Source of the DNA: Candidatus Hermodarchaeota archaeon
GTDB lineage: Archaea > Asgardarchaeota > Heimdallarchaeia > Hodarchaeales > Hodarchaeaceae
Direction of reading: 5' to 3'
NCBI GenBank assembly: GCA_048886185.1
Contig: JBHLKY010000005.1
Coordinates: forward strand, 200,458 to 232,457
DNA: 32,000 nt
Made by a program: the position numbers and the translations under genes. This document shows, piece after piece, positions 1 to 8,130 of this stretch (its first letter is position 1; each line of letters opens with the position of its first letter). The notes under the pieces were generated by a model. That model was not told where the DNA came from and ran no database searches. It saw nothing but the letters and a program-made list of their open reading frames with translations.

Positions 1-182
1 AAGTAGGTCTTGGAAGAATAATATAAGATAGATAATTAGACCTACCAACATTGTATTGTTTGCTATCTTTTGATCTTAATATTGATAGTAATAAAGTTGA
101 GGAGGCTGACTTATTTTAAGATTTTGAGTTTTAAAATCTCGAATAACAATTGTGATCTACTAATCTTTCAAGTTCATAAAGG

Positions 183-200
183 AAAAACTTTTATTTAAAT
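183..200 (+). promoter_or_regulatory. Candidate archaeal BRE/TATA promoter for the 235 gene
   Basis: AAAAACTTTTATTTAAAT (purine run then TTTATTTAAA) 35-50 bp upstream of ATG 235; AGGAGG SD-like motif at 214-219. AT-rich background limits certainty. Confidence 0.3.
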
Positions 201-234
201 TATTTTTTAATTTAGGAGGGATGTTAAAAGAAAG

Positions 235-1032
235 ATGACAAATTGGGTAATTAAACCTGTTCTAATTAGTGTATTATTATTTATTACTTTTGGAAATGTT
301 TTAATTAAGGTGAAAGTGTATGATGAGATTCCGATCACCCCAAATGATGAATTTTTCACAACATCAATCGATTATTTTGATATTAATCCTGATGATTATC
401 GTTTGGTAGTTATGGGTGAAGTCAGAAATCCACTAAATTTATCGCTTGCAGAGATTAAAGTTATGCCTGTTACTTCAGAAATTGTACGGTTAACCTGCGT
501 TGATTATATATCTGGAGCTACATCACTAACTGGAGTCGCCAATTGGACTGGTGTAAGATTGTCTCACATTTTAAACTTAGCACAAATAAAATATTTTTCT
601 ACAAAAGACATTATTTTTCATACTCCTGATTTAAGTAAGCAAGGTTACTCGACAAGTCTAAATTTAACAGAAGCATTCTGGGGAGATGTTATTCTCGCTT
701 ATGAAATGAATGAAGAACCTCTTCCAACAACACATGGTTTTCCTATTCGTCTTGTTTGCCCACGTTTCTATGGTTATAAATGGATAAAGTGGGTAGCTTA
801 TATTAATGTGTCATCAAAGGATTATGAGGGATTTTGGGAAAGTTGGGGTTATGAAGATTCTCCCTATGTATTCCCAGAACTTCCGATTTATTATTCACCT
901 GTTGGATCTGACATTACAGCTTTCAGTTTAACATCAGGAAAATCATCCCATTGGTCAGGTGTAATTGTCCCTATTGTAGCAACAATTGTATTAACCTTTT
1001 GTATGAATTATAGGAAGAAAAAATTAAGCTAG
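235..1032 (+). CDS. Molybdopterin-dependent oxidoreductase, sulfite oxidase/MsrP(YedY)-like Mo domain, with N-terminal hydrophobic segment and C-terminal TM anchor
   Basis: Y(R)LVVMGEVRNPLNLSL, Mo-ligand Cys in RLTCVD, A(N)WTGVRL, LAYEMNEEPLPTTHGFPIRLVCPRFYGYKWIKWV, GFWESWGY; ends VIVPIVATIVLTFCMNYRKKK. Confidence 0.85.
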   Translation: MTNWVIKPVLISVLLFITFGNVLIKVKVYDEIPITPNDEFFTTSIDYFDINPDDYRLVVMGEVRNPLNLSLAEIKVMPVTSEIVRLTCVDYISGATSLTGVANWTGVRLSHILNLAQIKYFSTKDIIFHTPDLSKQGYSTSLNLTEAFWGDVILAYEMNEEPLPTTHGFPIRLVCPRFYGYKWIKWVAYINVSSKDYEGFWESWGYEDSPYVFPELPIYYSPVGSDITAFSLTSGKSSHWSGVIVPIVATIVLTFCMNYRKKKLS

Positions 1033-2799
1033 ACTACGTTCACCAGTTTGAACCTTCCAAAGAGAAGCGTACAACCGATCGTATTCAACCAATTGAGTAT
1101 GTGTACCCTGCTCACTGATCTGTCCATTTTCTAACACGAATATCCTATCTGCATTTCTGATTGTAGATAATCTATGAGCAATTATAATAGTTGTACGACC
1201 GACAATTATCTTCTCCAATGAACGTTGGATAGCAGCTTCCGTTTCATTGTCCACACTACTAGTAGCTTCATCCAAGATAAGTATTGGAGGATCTTTCAAG
1301 ATAGCACGAGCAATGGCAATACGTTGTCTCTGGCCACCGCTTAATTTTTGACCTCTTTCCCCAACAAGAGTATCGTAACCATTTGGGAGACTATTGATAA
1401 AACTGTGAACTTCAGCAACCTTTGCAGCGTTAATAATATCACTAATTGGTGTATCTGGCTTACCATAAGCGATATTTTCTCTTACAGTCCCATCTATTAT
1501 GAAAGTATCTTGTTTAACTAATCCAATCGCCCTTCGTAAGTCTTGGAGATCAAAATCTTTGGTATCAACTCCATCAAGCATTATCTTACCCTCCTGTGGA
1601 TCATAAAACCGTAAGAGAAGCTTGACAATCGTTGATTTCCCCACTCCCGTACTACCAACAAATGCAATGGTTTGGCCTGGCTCTATATCTACTGTGAGAT
1701 TCGTAAAGGTTGGATTTCGTCCTTTATATCCGAAATGGACATTTTGAAAAGAAATTCCACCCGAGATTGAAGATAATGAAAGATCCTTATTTCCGTTCGT
1801 AATCTGACTTTGAGTATCCAATAAATTCATAATTCTCGTTGTTGAAGCCATTGCTCTTTGATACTGATCAAGGGTCTCTCCAACTCTTGTTAAGGGCCAT
1901 AGAAGTCGTTGAGTCAGAAATATCATCGCACTATAAGCTGCAACTTCTAACTGCCCATTTATTGTTTGTAATCCCCCAAAAATTAGCATTGCAGTAAACC
2001 CAACAACAATGATCATTCGAATAAGTGGGGAGAAGGCTGAACTATACTTGATTGCTTCCCGATTACTCTCTCTGTAAGCACTTGAAGATTGAAAGATCCT
2101 ACCCTCCTCATATTCTTCAGTTGTATAACTCTTGATAGTTGCGATTCCAGTCAGATTATTGGACAATTGCCCATTTAATACTCCTACTCTTTCCCTAACA
2201 TCAGCATATCGCGACTCGAGACGTTTCTGGAATTTAATCGAGAATAGGAGAATAAAGGGCATTGGAACTGCAGCCATCCAAGCAACTTCAGGTGAAAGAA
2301 GAAAGAATGCCGTTAAAATCGTAAGAGCTGTCACTGTTACCTGAATGAGATCATTTGCACCTATATCTAAGAACCGTTCAAGCTGATTAATATCATCATT
2401 CAGGATGGACATTAAACCACCTGTTTGACGATCTTCAAAGTATTCCATGTCTAAGTGTTGAAGATGTCTGTACGCATCGAGACGTAATTCGTGTTCAATG
2501 GTCTGGGCTAAATTTCTCCAAAGAATCTTGTAGATATATTCAAAAAGTGATTCTAAGGCCCAAATGACGAATGTTATTAATCCAAGAAAAACTAGTTGTG
2601 TTGGAACATCTACAATTCCAATGTATCCGAAAATAGATCCTTCTCTTCGAACAGCTATATCCACTGCTGCAGCAATTAAGAATGGGGGCGCAAGGTCAAA
2701 CCATTTATTGAGTATTGAAAAAAGAGTGGCTAGTGACATTGTTATACTATGTGATCGTGAATAATAGATCAATTGTAAGAGGGGGCGATCATATTTCAT
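1024..2799 (-). CDS. ABC exporter, fused TMD-NBD (MsbA/ABCB-type half transporter)
   Basis: Six-TM N-terminal half; Walker A GSTGVGKS, Q-loop VKQD, signature LSGGQRQR, Walker B ILILDEATS, H-loop IAHRL. Confidence 0.95.
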   Translation of the reverse strand: MKYDRPLLQLIYYSRSHSITMSLATLFSILNKWFDLAPPFLIAAAVDIAVRREGSIFGYIGIVDVPTQLVFLGLITFVIWALESLFEYIYKILWRNLAQTIEHELRLDAYRHLQHLDMEYFEDRQTGGLMSILNDDINQLERFLDIGANDLIQVTVTALTILTAFFLLSPEVAWMAAVPMPFILLFSIKFQKRLESRYADVRERVGVLNGQLSNNLTGIATIKSYTTEEYEEGRIFQSSSAYRESNREAIKYSSAFSPLIRMIIVVGFTAMLIFGGLQTINGQLEVAAYSAMIFLTQRLLWPLTRVGETLDQYQRAMASTTRIMNLLDTQSQITNGNKDLSLSSISGGISFQNVHFGYKGRNPTFTNLTVDIEPGQTIAFVGSTGVGKSTIVKLLLRFYDPQEGKIMLDGVDTKDFDLQDLRRAIGLVKQDTFIIDGTVRENIAYGKPDTPISDIINAAKVAEVHSFINSLPNGYDTLVGERGQKLSGGQRQRIAIARAILKDPPILILDEATSSVDNETEAAIQRSLEKIIVGRTTIIIAHRLSTIRNADRIFVLENGQISEQGTHTQLVEYDRLYASLWKVQTGERSLA

Positions 2800-2984
2800 A
2801 TTTAACGTAAAAATAAGATTAATTTATCTACTATTTGATAATAAAAATGAAAGAAAATATAATGCTCAGATAATTAACTTTATTTGTATAGAAAAGGTAA
2901 AAATTATCACGAAGAGAGATATTATCAATAACTACTATATATCTATAGATGTAAAACTTCTGTCAAAATTTGGAAATCACCATT

Positions 2985-3512
2985 ATGAAAGAGATTCCCC
3001 CTGGTCCAGACTCCCCTAGAATAGTTTATGTCCGTATTGAAATACCTTTAGGTTCCAAGGTTAAGTATGAATTCAATAAGGAATTTGATACCATTTTTGT
3101 AGATAGGATTCTTCATTCGTCCGTTGTCTATCCCACTGCCTATGGATTCATACCCCAAACCCTCTGTACGGATGGTGACCCCTTGGATGTGTTGATTTTA
3201 CTCAGTACGGGAATTGAACTTGTACCAGCCTGCATTGTTTCAGCAAGACCGGTGGCTGTCTTGAAAATGGAAGATGAAAAGGGGGAAGATGACAAAATCA
3301 TTGCTGTGCTAGTTGATGATCCCAGGATGGAAGAGATCCAATCATTGGAATCAATTCCAAAACATTCATTACGTGAAATAGAGGAGTTTTTTAACACCTA
3401 TAAACACTTAGAAAGAGGGAAAACAACGCATATAGTGGGTTGGGCTGACAAAAAAACCGCATTAAAAATAATTGAAGATGCAATTGACTATTTCAAGCAA
3501 CACAATCATTAA
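2985..3512 (+). CDS. ppa: Family I soluble inorganic pyrophosphatase
   Basis: EIPLGSKVKYE, DRILHSSVVYPTAYGFIPQT, DGDPLDV, DEKGEDDKIIAV, FFNTYKHLE. ATG 2985 preferred over TTG 2970. Confidence 0.97.
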   Translation: MKEIPPGPDSPRIVYVRIEIPLGSKVKYEFNKEFDTIFVDRILHSSVVYPTAYGFIPQTLCTDGDPLDVLILLSTGIELVPACIVSARPVAVLKMEDEKGEDDKIIAVLVDDPRMEEIQSLESIPKHSLREIEEFFNTYKHLERGKTTHIVGWADKKTALKIIEDAIDYFKQHNH

Positions 3513-4617
3513 TGGCTTTTACAATGCATTGAAGTCCGCCCTCAAGTTCCTGTCTACTTGGATAACCATACCCAATTCGCATGAACCGTTTATCGACTTC
3601 AAACCAGTGACCAGGAGCAACAAAAGTTTTATAGGTCATCTTGAGAGTCTTGTAGAATTTATCAATGTCAATAGTAACGCTTGGTTTTATTCTCGGAAAA
3701 CAGATGACCCCTCCAGATGGTTTTACCCATTCTAGATATCTAGAATTATCCATCCATTTGGTTAATATTACTTTGTTTCCCCTTACGTGATTATGAACTC
3801 GAGAAAGGAATTCCTGCTTGTTTGCTAGAAAATGTGCTGCAATTTCTTCATCGACAATAGAATTGCATATAAATATTAATTCCTTTGCAGCTAAGAATTT
3901 CTCCATCAATACATTATCTTGATTAATCAACCAACCTATGCGGAGGCCAGGTAATCCATACGCCTTGGAGAACGAGGAAACACTGATTGCATTTTCACTC
4001 AATGATCCAACTATTGGAAGAGGATCTGGGGTCATTTCTCTGTATGTTTCATCGAATAATAAGTAAATTCCTTTTGACTCTACCATCGTAATGATTTCGT
4101 TCAATTCAGATTCAGTAATCATGGTTCCAGTGGGATTTTGCGGATATGTAAGACTAATAAGTCGTGTATGAGGTTGAATCAACTGTTCAAGTTTATTAAG
4201 GTTAAATCGAAAATGCTTTTCCATTGTTAATTTGAGATAATCTACCTGACAACCAATAGCTCGGGGGGACTCTAGATTAGCAACGTAGTTTGGATGTAAA
4301 ATCACAACATGATCACTTGGTTTGAGTAATGAAGTAGTAATGATGAATAATGCCCCTGCAGCTCCTGTAGTAATTAAAACATGTTCTGGATTAACCTCTT
4401 CTTCTGCAATGTATCGTCTAAGTTGAGGATTACCTAAGTGATCAGTATAACTAAGAGCAAGATCACTTAAATCTATCTTCAGCGTGCCAAAAACGAAATC
4501 AGGAACAGAACTTTCTGCAAGATTGTACTTAATTCGTTTATAACCAAATTCTTCCGGGGATTCCTTTTCTATTGGAGTTCTGCGGTAAGAAAGATGGCCT
4601 TCTCTTTTGTTTTCCAT
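3493..4617 (-). CDS. PLP-dependent aminotransferase class I/II fold, substrate unknown
   Basis: TTGAAGA, PQNPTG, FDETY, Schiff-base Lys in SFSKAYGLPGLRIGW, FMRIGYG. Confidence 0.9.
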   Translation of the reverse strand: MENKREGHLSYRRTPIEKESPEEFGYKRIKYNLAESSVPDFVFGTLKIDLSDLALSYTDHLGNPQLRRYIAEEEVNPEHVLITTGAAGALFIITTSLLKPSDHVVILHPNYVANLESPRAIGCQVDYLKLTMEKHFRFNLNKLEQLIQPHTRLISLTYPQNPTGTMITESELNEIITMVESKGIYLLFDETYREMTPDPLPIVGSLSENAISVSSFSKAYGLPGLRIGWLINQDNVLMEKFLAAKELIFICNSIVDEEIAAHFLANKQEFLSRVHNHVRGNKVILTKWMDNSRYLEWVKPSGGVICFPRIKPSVTIDIDKFYKTLKMTYKTFVAPGHWFEVDKRFMRIGYGYPSRQELEGGLQCIVKAINDCVA

Positions 4618-4703
4618 TTTAATTCAACTGTATCAATAATTATCTTACATAAAAAATCATATCTTCTAACTATGAAATTTCTGATCTGGAGCTAATATTC
4701 CTC

Positions 4704-5399
4704 ATGGGCTTTCTTGAAATCTTCATCCTTTCTTTTCTAGTGGCATTATCAGGAGCGATGTCACCTGGCCCTTTACTCACCTATACAATATACAAGGCGC
4801 TTCAATCAAAAAGAAAAGCGTATTTTGCTGGGATTCTCATTTGGATTGGACATGCTATTTTAGAATTCTTATTAATGCTTATCCTGCTTATCGGCTTCTC
4901 TTCTTTTATTACTAACAAATCCGTTATTATCATAATTGGACTGTTAGGGGGTGGTGTGCTGATTTTTTTCGGGGGGAGTCTCTTGAGAGACATATGGTTG
5001 AATAGTATTGATTTCAGCTTTTTATCACCAGAGGGAGGAATCAGTGAGACGCCTGAAAGTTCCCAAAACAAGATAGACCTACTAAACCAACCCACCCTAG
5101 GAGGGGTGTTAGTATCAATGTCGAATCCATATTGGTGGATCTGGTGGGCGGTTATTGGATTGAACTTTATGACACAGTTTTCAGTTGGGTTATTGAACCT
5201 AGAATTTTGGAGTTTTTTTCTGGGACATGAGCTAGGGGATTTTTTATGGTATGTGTCGATAGCTGGGATCCTTGGTTTTACTAATAAGTTATTAACGAGA
5301 AGGATCTATCTTGGTATTATTATTATTTGCAGCTTATTCATGATTTTTTTTGGCATATTCTTAGCTATTTCACCTATTCTCACAGTAGGAGACCTATAA
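4704..5399 (+). CDS. LysE/RhtB family amino-acid exporter
   Basis: N-terminal GAMSPGP motif, GHA(I)LE, SNPYWWIWW, about six hydrophobic segments. Confidence 0.88.
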   Translation: MGFLEIFILSFLVALSGAMSPGPLLTYTIYKALQSKRKAYFAGILIWIGHAILEFLLMLILLIGFSSFITNKSVIIIIGLLGGGVLIFFGGSLLRDIWLNSIDFSFLSPEGGISETPESSQNKIDLLNQPTLGGVLVSMSNPYWWIWWAVIGLNFMTQFSVGLLNLEFWSFFLGHELGDFLWYVSIAGILGFTNKLLTRRIYLGIIIICSLFMIFFGIFLAISPILTVGDL

Positions 5400-5672
5400 G
5401 CTCTGTCCTGGTTGATAATCATCTACATCATCAAAAGCCACACATTTCTTTTCTGCAGCTAGTCTCATAAAATTGTTGTTGCCATTGATAGAAATAATCA
5501 TATGAGAAGTAGATAACGGAATCTCAGCAATTTCTTGTATGAGTTTCATTTTTTTCATGAGGAGTTCGTTGTCATCAAAAGCAACTAAAGTAAGTTGAAT
5601 TTCACTGTTTGCTATTGAAACAAATAAAACTAGCAGCAATAAACAAAAGAATAATGATTTGTAGTAGTTCAT
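5394..5672 (-). CDS. Small hypothetical protein with signal-peptide-like N terminus (92 aa)
   Basis: ATG start, K followed by hydrophobic LFFCLLLLVLFVSIA; fills an otherwise empty gap and its stop overlaps the lysE stop. No family recognised. Confidence 0.45.
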   Translation of the reverse strand: MNYYKSLFFCLLLLVLFVSIANSEIQLTLVAFDDNELLMKKMKLIQEIAEIPLSTSHMIISINGNNNFMRLAAEKKCVAFDDVDDYQPGQSL

Positions 5673-5801
5673 TTCATATAATGAAGAATAATAATTCTAC
5701 TGATTTTTTCGTGCAATGAAGAGTCGGAAAATTGATTTAGCTAAAATAACTCAGAAGTATTAGGAAAAATTTTACTAATTTTAATGGAAATAAGTTGAGG
5801 A

Positions 5802-6764
5802 TTGAAAAAGGTTCTACTAATGAATTTCTATGAAGAAAGAAATCCACCAAATATATCCTTATCAAAAGTATTGAATTTAATCCAACCATTTTTTCCAGAA
5901 CTTAAAGCAGAGGAAATAAAGTTTTTATACCATGGCTCTTATAACGTTTACGAGATTAAAGATGAGTTCATTTTTCGTTTCCCTGACAAAGTGTTTTTTG
6001 ATAAAAAAGGATATGATTTAATTCAACGAGAACAGAAAATATTAATGTTAATCCAAGAGGATATTTCTATACAGATTCCTAAACCTCTCTATATGTCCTC
6101 TGATCCTACTCATCCATTTATTGGATATAAAAAGATAAATGGAACATCATTATCAAGGTGTTTTCATAAAACCACTCTTGATGATCATAAACACATTACA
6201 AAACAACTTGGGAAATTTCTATCTGAACTTCATTCTCAGAAAGTTTTCCAAAAAGTCTGTATGGCTTTCAAAACTGAACAGGATTTTAATTCTTCTCAAT
6301 ATCAACATAATTGGCGAAATTATTTTGAAAAGGTAAAGAAAAAGGTATATCCGCTTCTAAAATCAAAGCAAAAGCAGTGGGTGTCTCAAATTTTTAGTAA
6401 TTTTCTCGAAAATGAGAGGAATTTTGATTTTATTTCTTGTGTCGTTCATCGAGATTTTGATGTCACGAACATACTTGTTGATCCTAAAACATTTTATGTG
6501 TGCGGGATAATAGATTTTGAGGATACTGGAGTTTATGACCCAGCTGCAGATTTTATATTCTACAATGAAGGTGATCTGTTTCTGGATCATCTACTTGCAA
6601 ATTATTCTAGAAGTAAGGATCTTTATTTTAGAGAGAGAATGAAATTTCTATACTGTCGTTCTGGGTTAGAATATATTTTAACTGGATTAGAATATAATGT
6701 TCCTAAAATGGTTGAATATGGACTCCAAATGACTAAAAAACGAATGAAGAGATTTCCAAGTTGA
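5802..6764 (+). CDS. Aminoglycoside phosphotransferase/choline kinase-like (APH) small-molecule kinase
   Basis: Glycine loop HGSYNVY, FIFRFP, Brenner motif HRDFDVTN, metal motif IIDFED, GVYDPAADF. Alternative start ATG 5820. Confidence 0.88.
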   Translation: MKKVLLMNFYEERNPPNISLSKVLNLIQPFFPELKAEEIKFLYHGSYNVYEIKDEFIFRFPDKVFFDKKGYDLIQREQKILMLIQEDISIQIPKPLYMSSDPTHPFIGYKKINGTSLSRCFHKTTLDDHKHITKQLGKFLSELHSQKVFQKVCMAFKTEQDFNSSQYQHNWRNYFEKVKKKVYPLLKSKQKQWVSQIFSNFLENERNFDFISCVVHRDFDVTNILVDPKTFYVCGIIDFEDTGVYDPAADFIFYNEGDLFLDHLLANYSRSKDLYFRERMKFLYCRSGLEYILTGLEYNVPKMVEYGLQMTKKRMKRFPS

Positions 6765-6799
6765 TAACTCATATCAATTTTCTTCTCTGTTTCCCATTA

Positions 6800-7708
6800 C
6801 TAAAAATTATAAAAATATTCTCCATCAGGAGTAAGATTGGTAATTGTTTTATTTTCAATGGGGTCTAAACTCCATTTAGCAGTCTGGTGGTTACTCTCAA
6901 AATGGTCGATGACTGTAGAAGAGCCTACTACACGAAAATCTTCTCTTTTTCCTAAAAATAACTGATAATATGGCATAAAATTCCTTGATTTCTCACTTAA
7001 AGCAGAACATACGATTAAATGTGGCTTATTCTCTACTATTTCCAAGATTATTAGTTGCATCTGATAATTTATATCTTGTTTTTGATGTTGATCAATAACT
7101 TCTTGTAAAACAGGAATCCAAAAATCCTTAATATTGTGATTAGCGAACTCTCTTGCCTCTTTCAGTTTCTGAGATATATACCATGTTAGGATTTGAGTAT
7201 CAGAAAATTCTCTAAGTTGGATTGTGTTTAATTGATATTCTGTCTTTAATATCCCATTTATAATATTTGAATCAACAGTTCCATTATGAACAATGTATAT
7301 CCTTTTTGAATTCTTATTATCATGAATAACTAATGGTTGAACTTGCTGAAAATCTACTGGCATATTTACACTTGCTCTTCGTGCATGCGCTACTAAGATC
7401 TGGTTTGATAACTTAAGTAAAGGAGGTAACAAAAATGATCTGCTTAAACTAGTCGCTTTATAAGAGAATGCTGCATTTAAGTTTAAATTAGTCTGTTCCC
7501 ACTCTATCTCATAATTCTCTTTAGTACCAATAGTCACAACACCCCATCCATCCTTATGAACACAACTTTTCTTCGGTACACCATACACTTGGTTTAAATA
7601 ATGATCATCCTTTGTGGATTTCAGCCAAGCTACAATCCAACTCTCCATTAAATGCCGAGAAGTCCGGCCCTTTTCCTGTTTAACCCAAAAAGACAATAAA
7701 CGACACAT
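6800..7708 (-). CDS. Class II glutamine amidotransferase / Ntn hydrolase (EgtC/YafJ/Dug3-like)
   Basis: N-terminal nucleophile MCRLL, HKDGWG, LVAHARRAS, HNGTV, SDT; 302 aa, no synthase domain attached. Confidence 0.85.
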   Translation of the reverse strand: MCRLLSFWVKQEKGRTSRHLMESWIVAWLKSTKDDHYLNQVYGVPKKSCVHKDGWGVVTIGTKENYEIEWEQTNLNLNAAFSYKATSLSRSFLLPPLLKLSNQILVAHARRASVNMPVDFQQVQPLVIHDNKNSKRIYIVHNGTVDSNIINGILKTEYQLNTIQLREFSDTQILTWYISQKLKEAREFANHNIKDFWIPVLQEVIDQHQKQDINYQMQLIILEIVENKPHLIVCSALSEKSRNFMPYYQLFLGKREDFRVVGSSTVIDHFESNHQTAKWSLDPIENKTITNLTPDGEYFYNF

Positions 7709-7711
7709 AGT

Positions 7712-8092
7712 TTATTTGTTCCCATACTGTTTTATGAGTCCTTTTGAGGGATAATATGTATAAGTAGAAAATTTTATACCCTTTGGAATTGTTTTTACTT
7801 CTACAAGCATTCTGTGGTATAAAGAACCCTCTCCCTCAACTAAATCAATTTGTGTCCAATGAGCTTGAGTTAACTGAAAATAAATTTCTCCCAGAACATC
7901 AGACTGGCTATCTTCGACTATGAATGGAAATCCTAGCTCTGGAGGGGCAACTTTCCGATAACCTACTAAAATCGCTTTCTCAAATTCTAACCCATGAAGA
8001 AGATAATTTCGACTAAACCCAGATTGTAGGGTTCCATATGTAAATAATCGATCACACTTCTCCTTAATAGGCTCAATCTGCTTTTCTGTCAT
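7712..8092 (-). CDS. Gamma-glutamylcyclotransferase (GGCT/AIG2/GGACT-like)
   Basis: LFTYGTL signature, V(L)GEIY, IDLVEG with the catalytic-position Glu, LYHR, YTYY; 126 aa. Confidence 0.9.
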   Translation of the reverse strand: MTEKQIEPIKEKCDRLFTYGTLQSGFSRNYLLHGLEFEKAILVGYRKVAPPELGFPFIVEDSQSDVLGEIYFQLTQAHWTQIDLVEGEGSLYHRMLVEVKTIPKGIKFSTYTYYPSKGLIKQYGNK

Positions 8093-8130
8093 TTTATGAC
8101 AATTTCTCCCTTTGAAAGATCATTTTTTTG

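Noticed and set aside
1-51. Possible start of a minus-strand gene (MLVGLIIYLILFFQDLL...) running off the window
   Set aside because: Only 17 codons visible; plausible but unsupportable.
221-238. Five-codon uORF MLKER whose TGA overlaps ATG 235, right after AGGAGG
   Set aside because: Too short to distinguish from chance; no regulatory codon pattern.
1024-5399. Repeated 3' overlaps of convergent genes (9, 20 and 6 bp)
   Set aside because: Common in compact AT-rich genomes; used only as supporting evidence for small ORFs.
5802-8092. Aminoglycoside (butirosin-like) biosynthesis from APH plus BtrG-like cyclotransferase
   Set aside because: No DOI synthase, glycosyltransferase, carrier protein or ATP-grasp ligase; genes face opposite ways.
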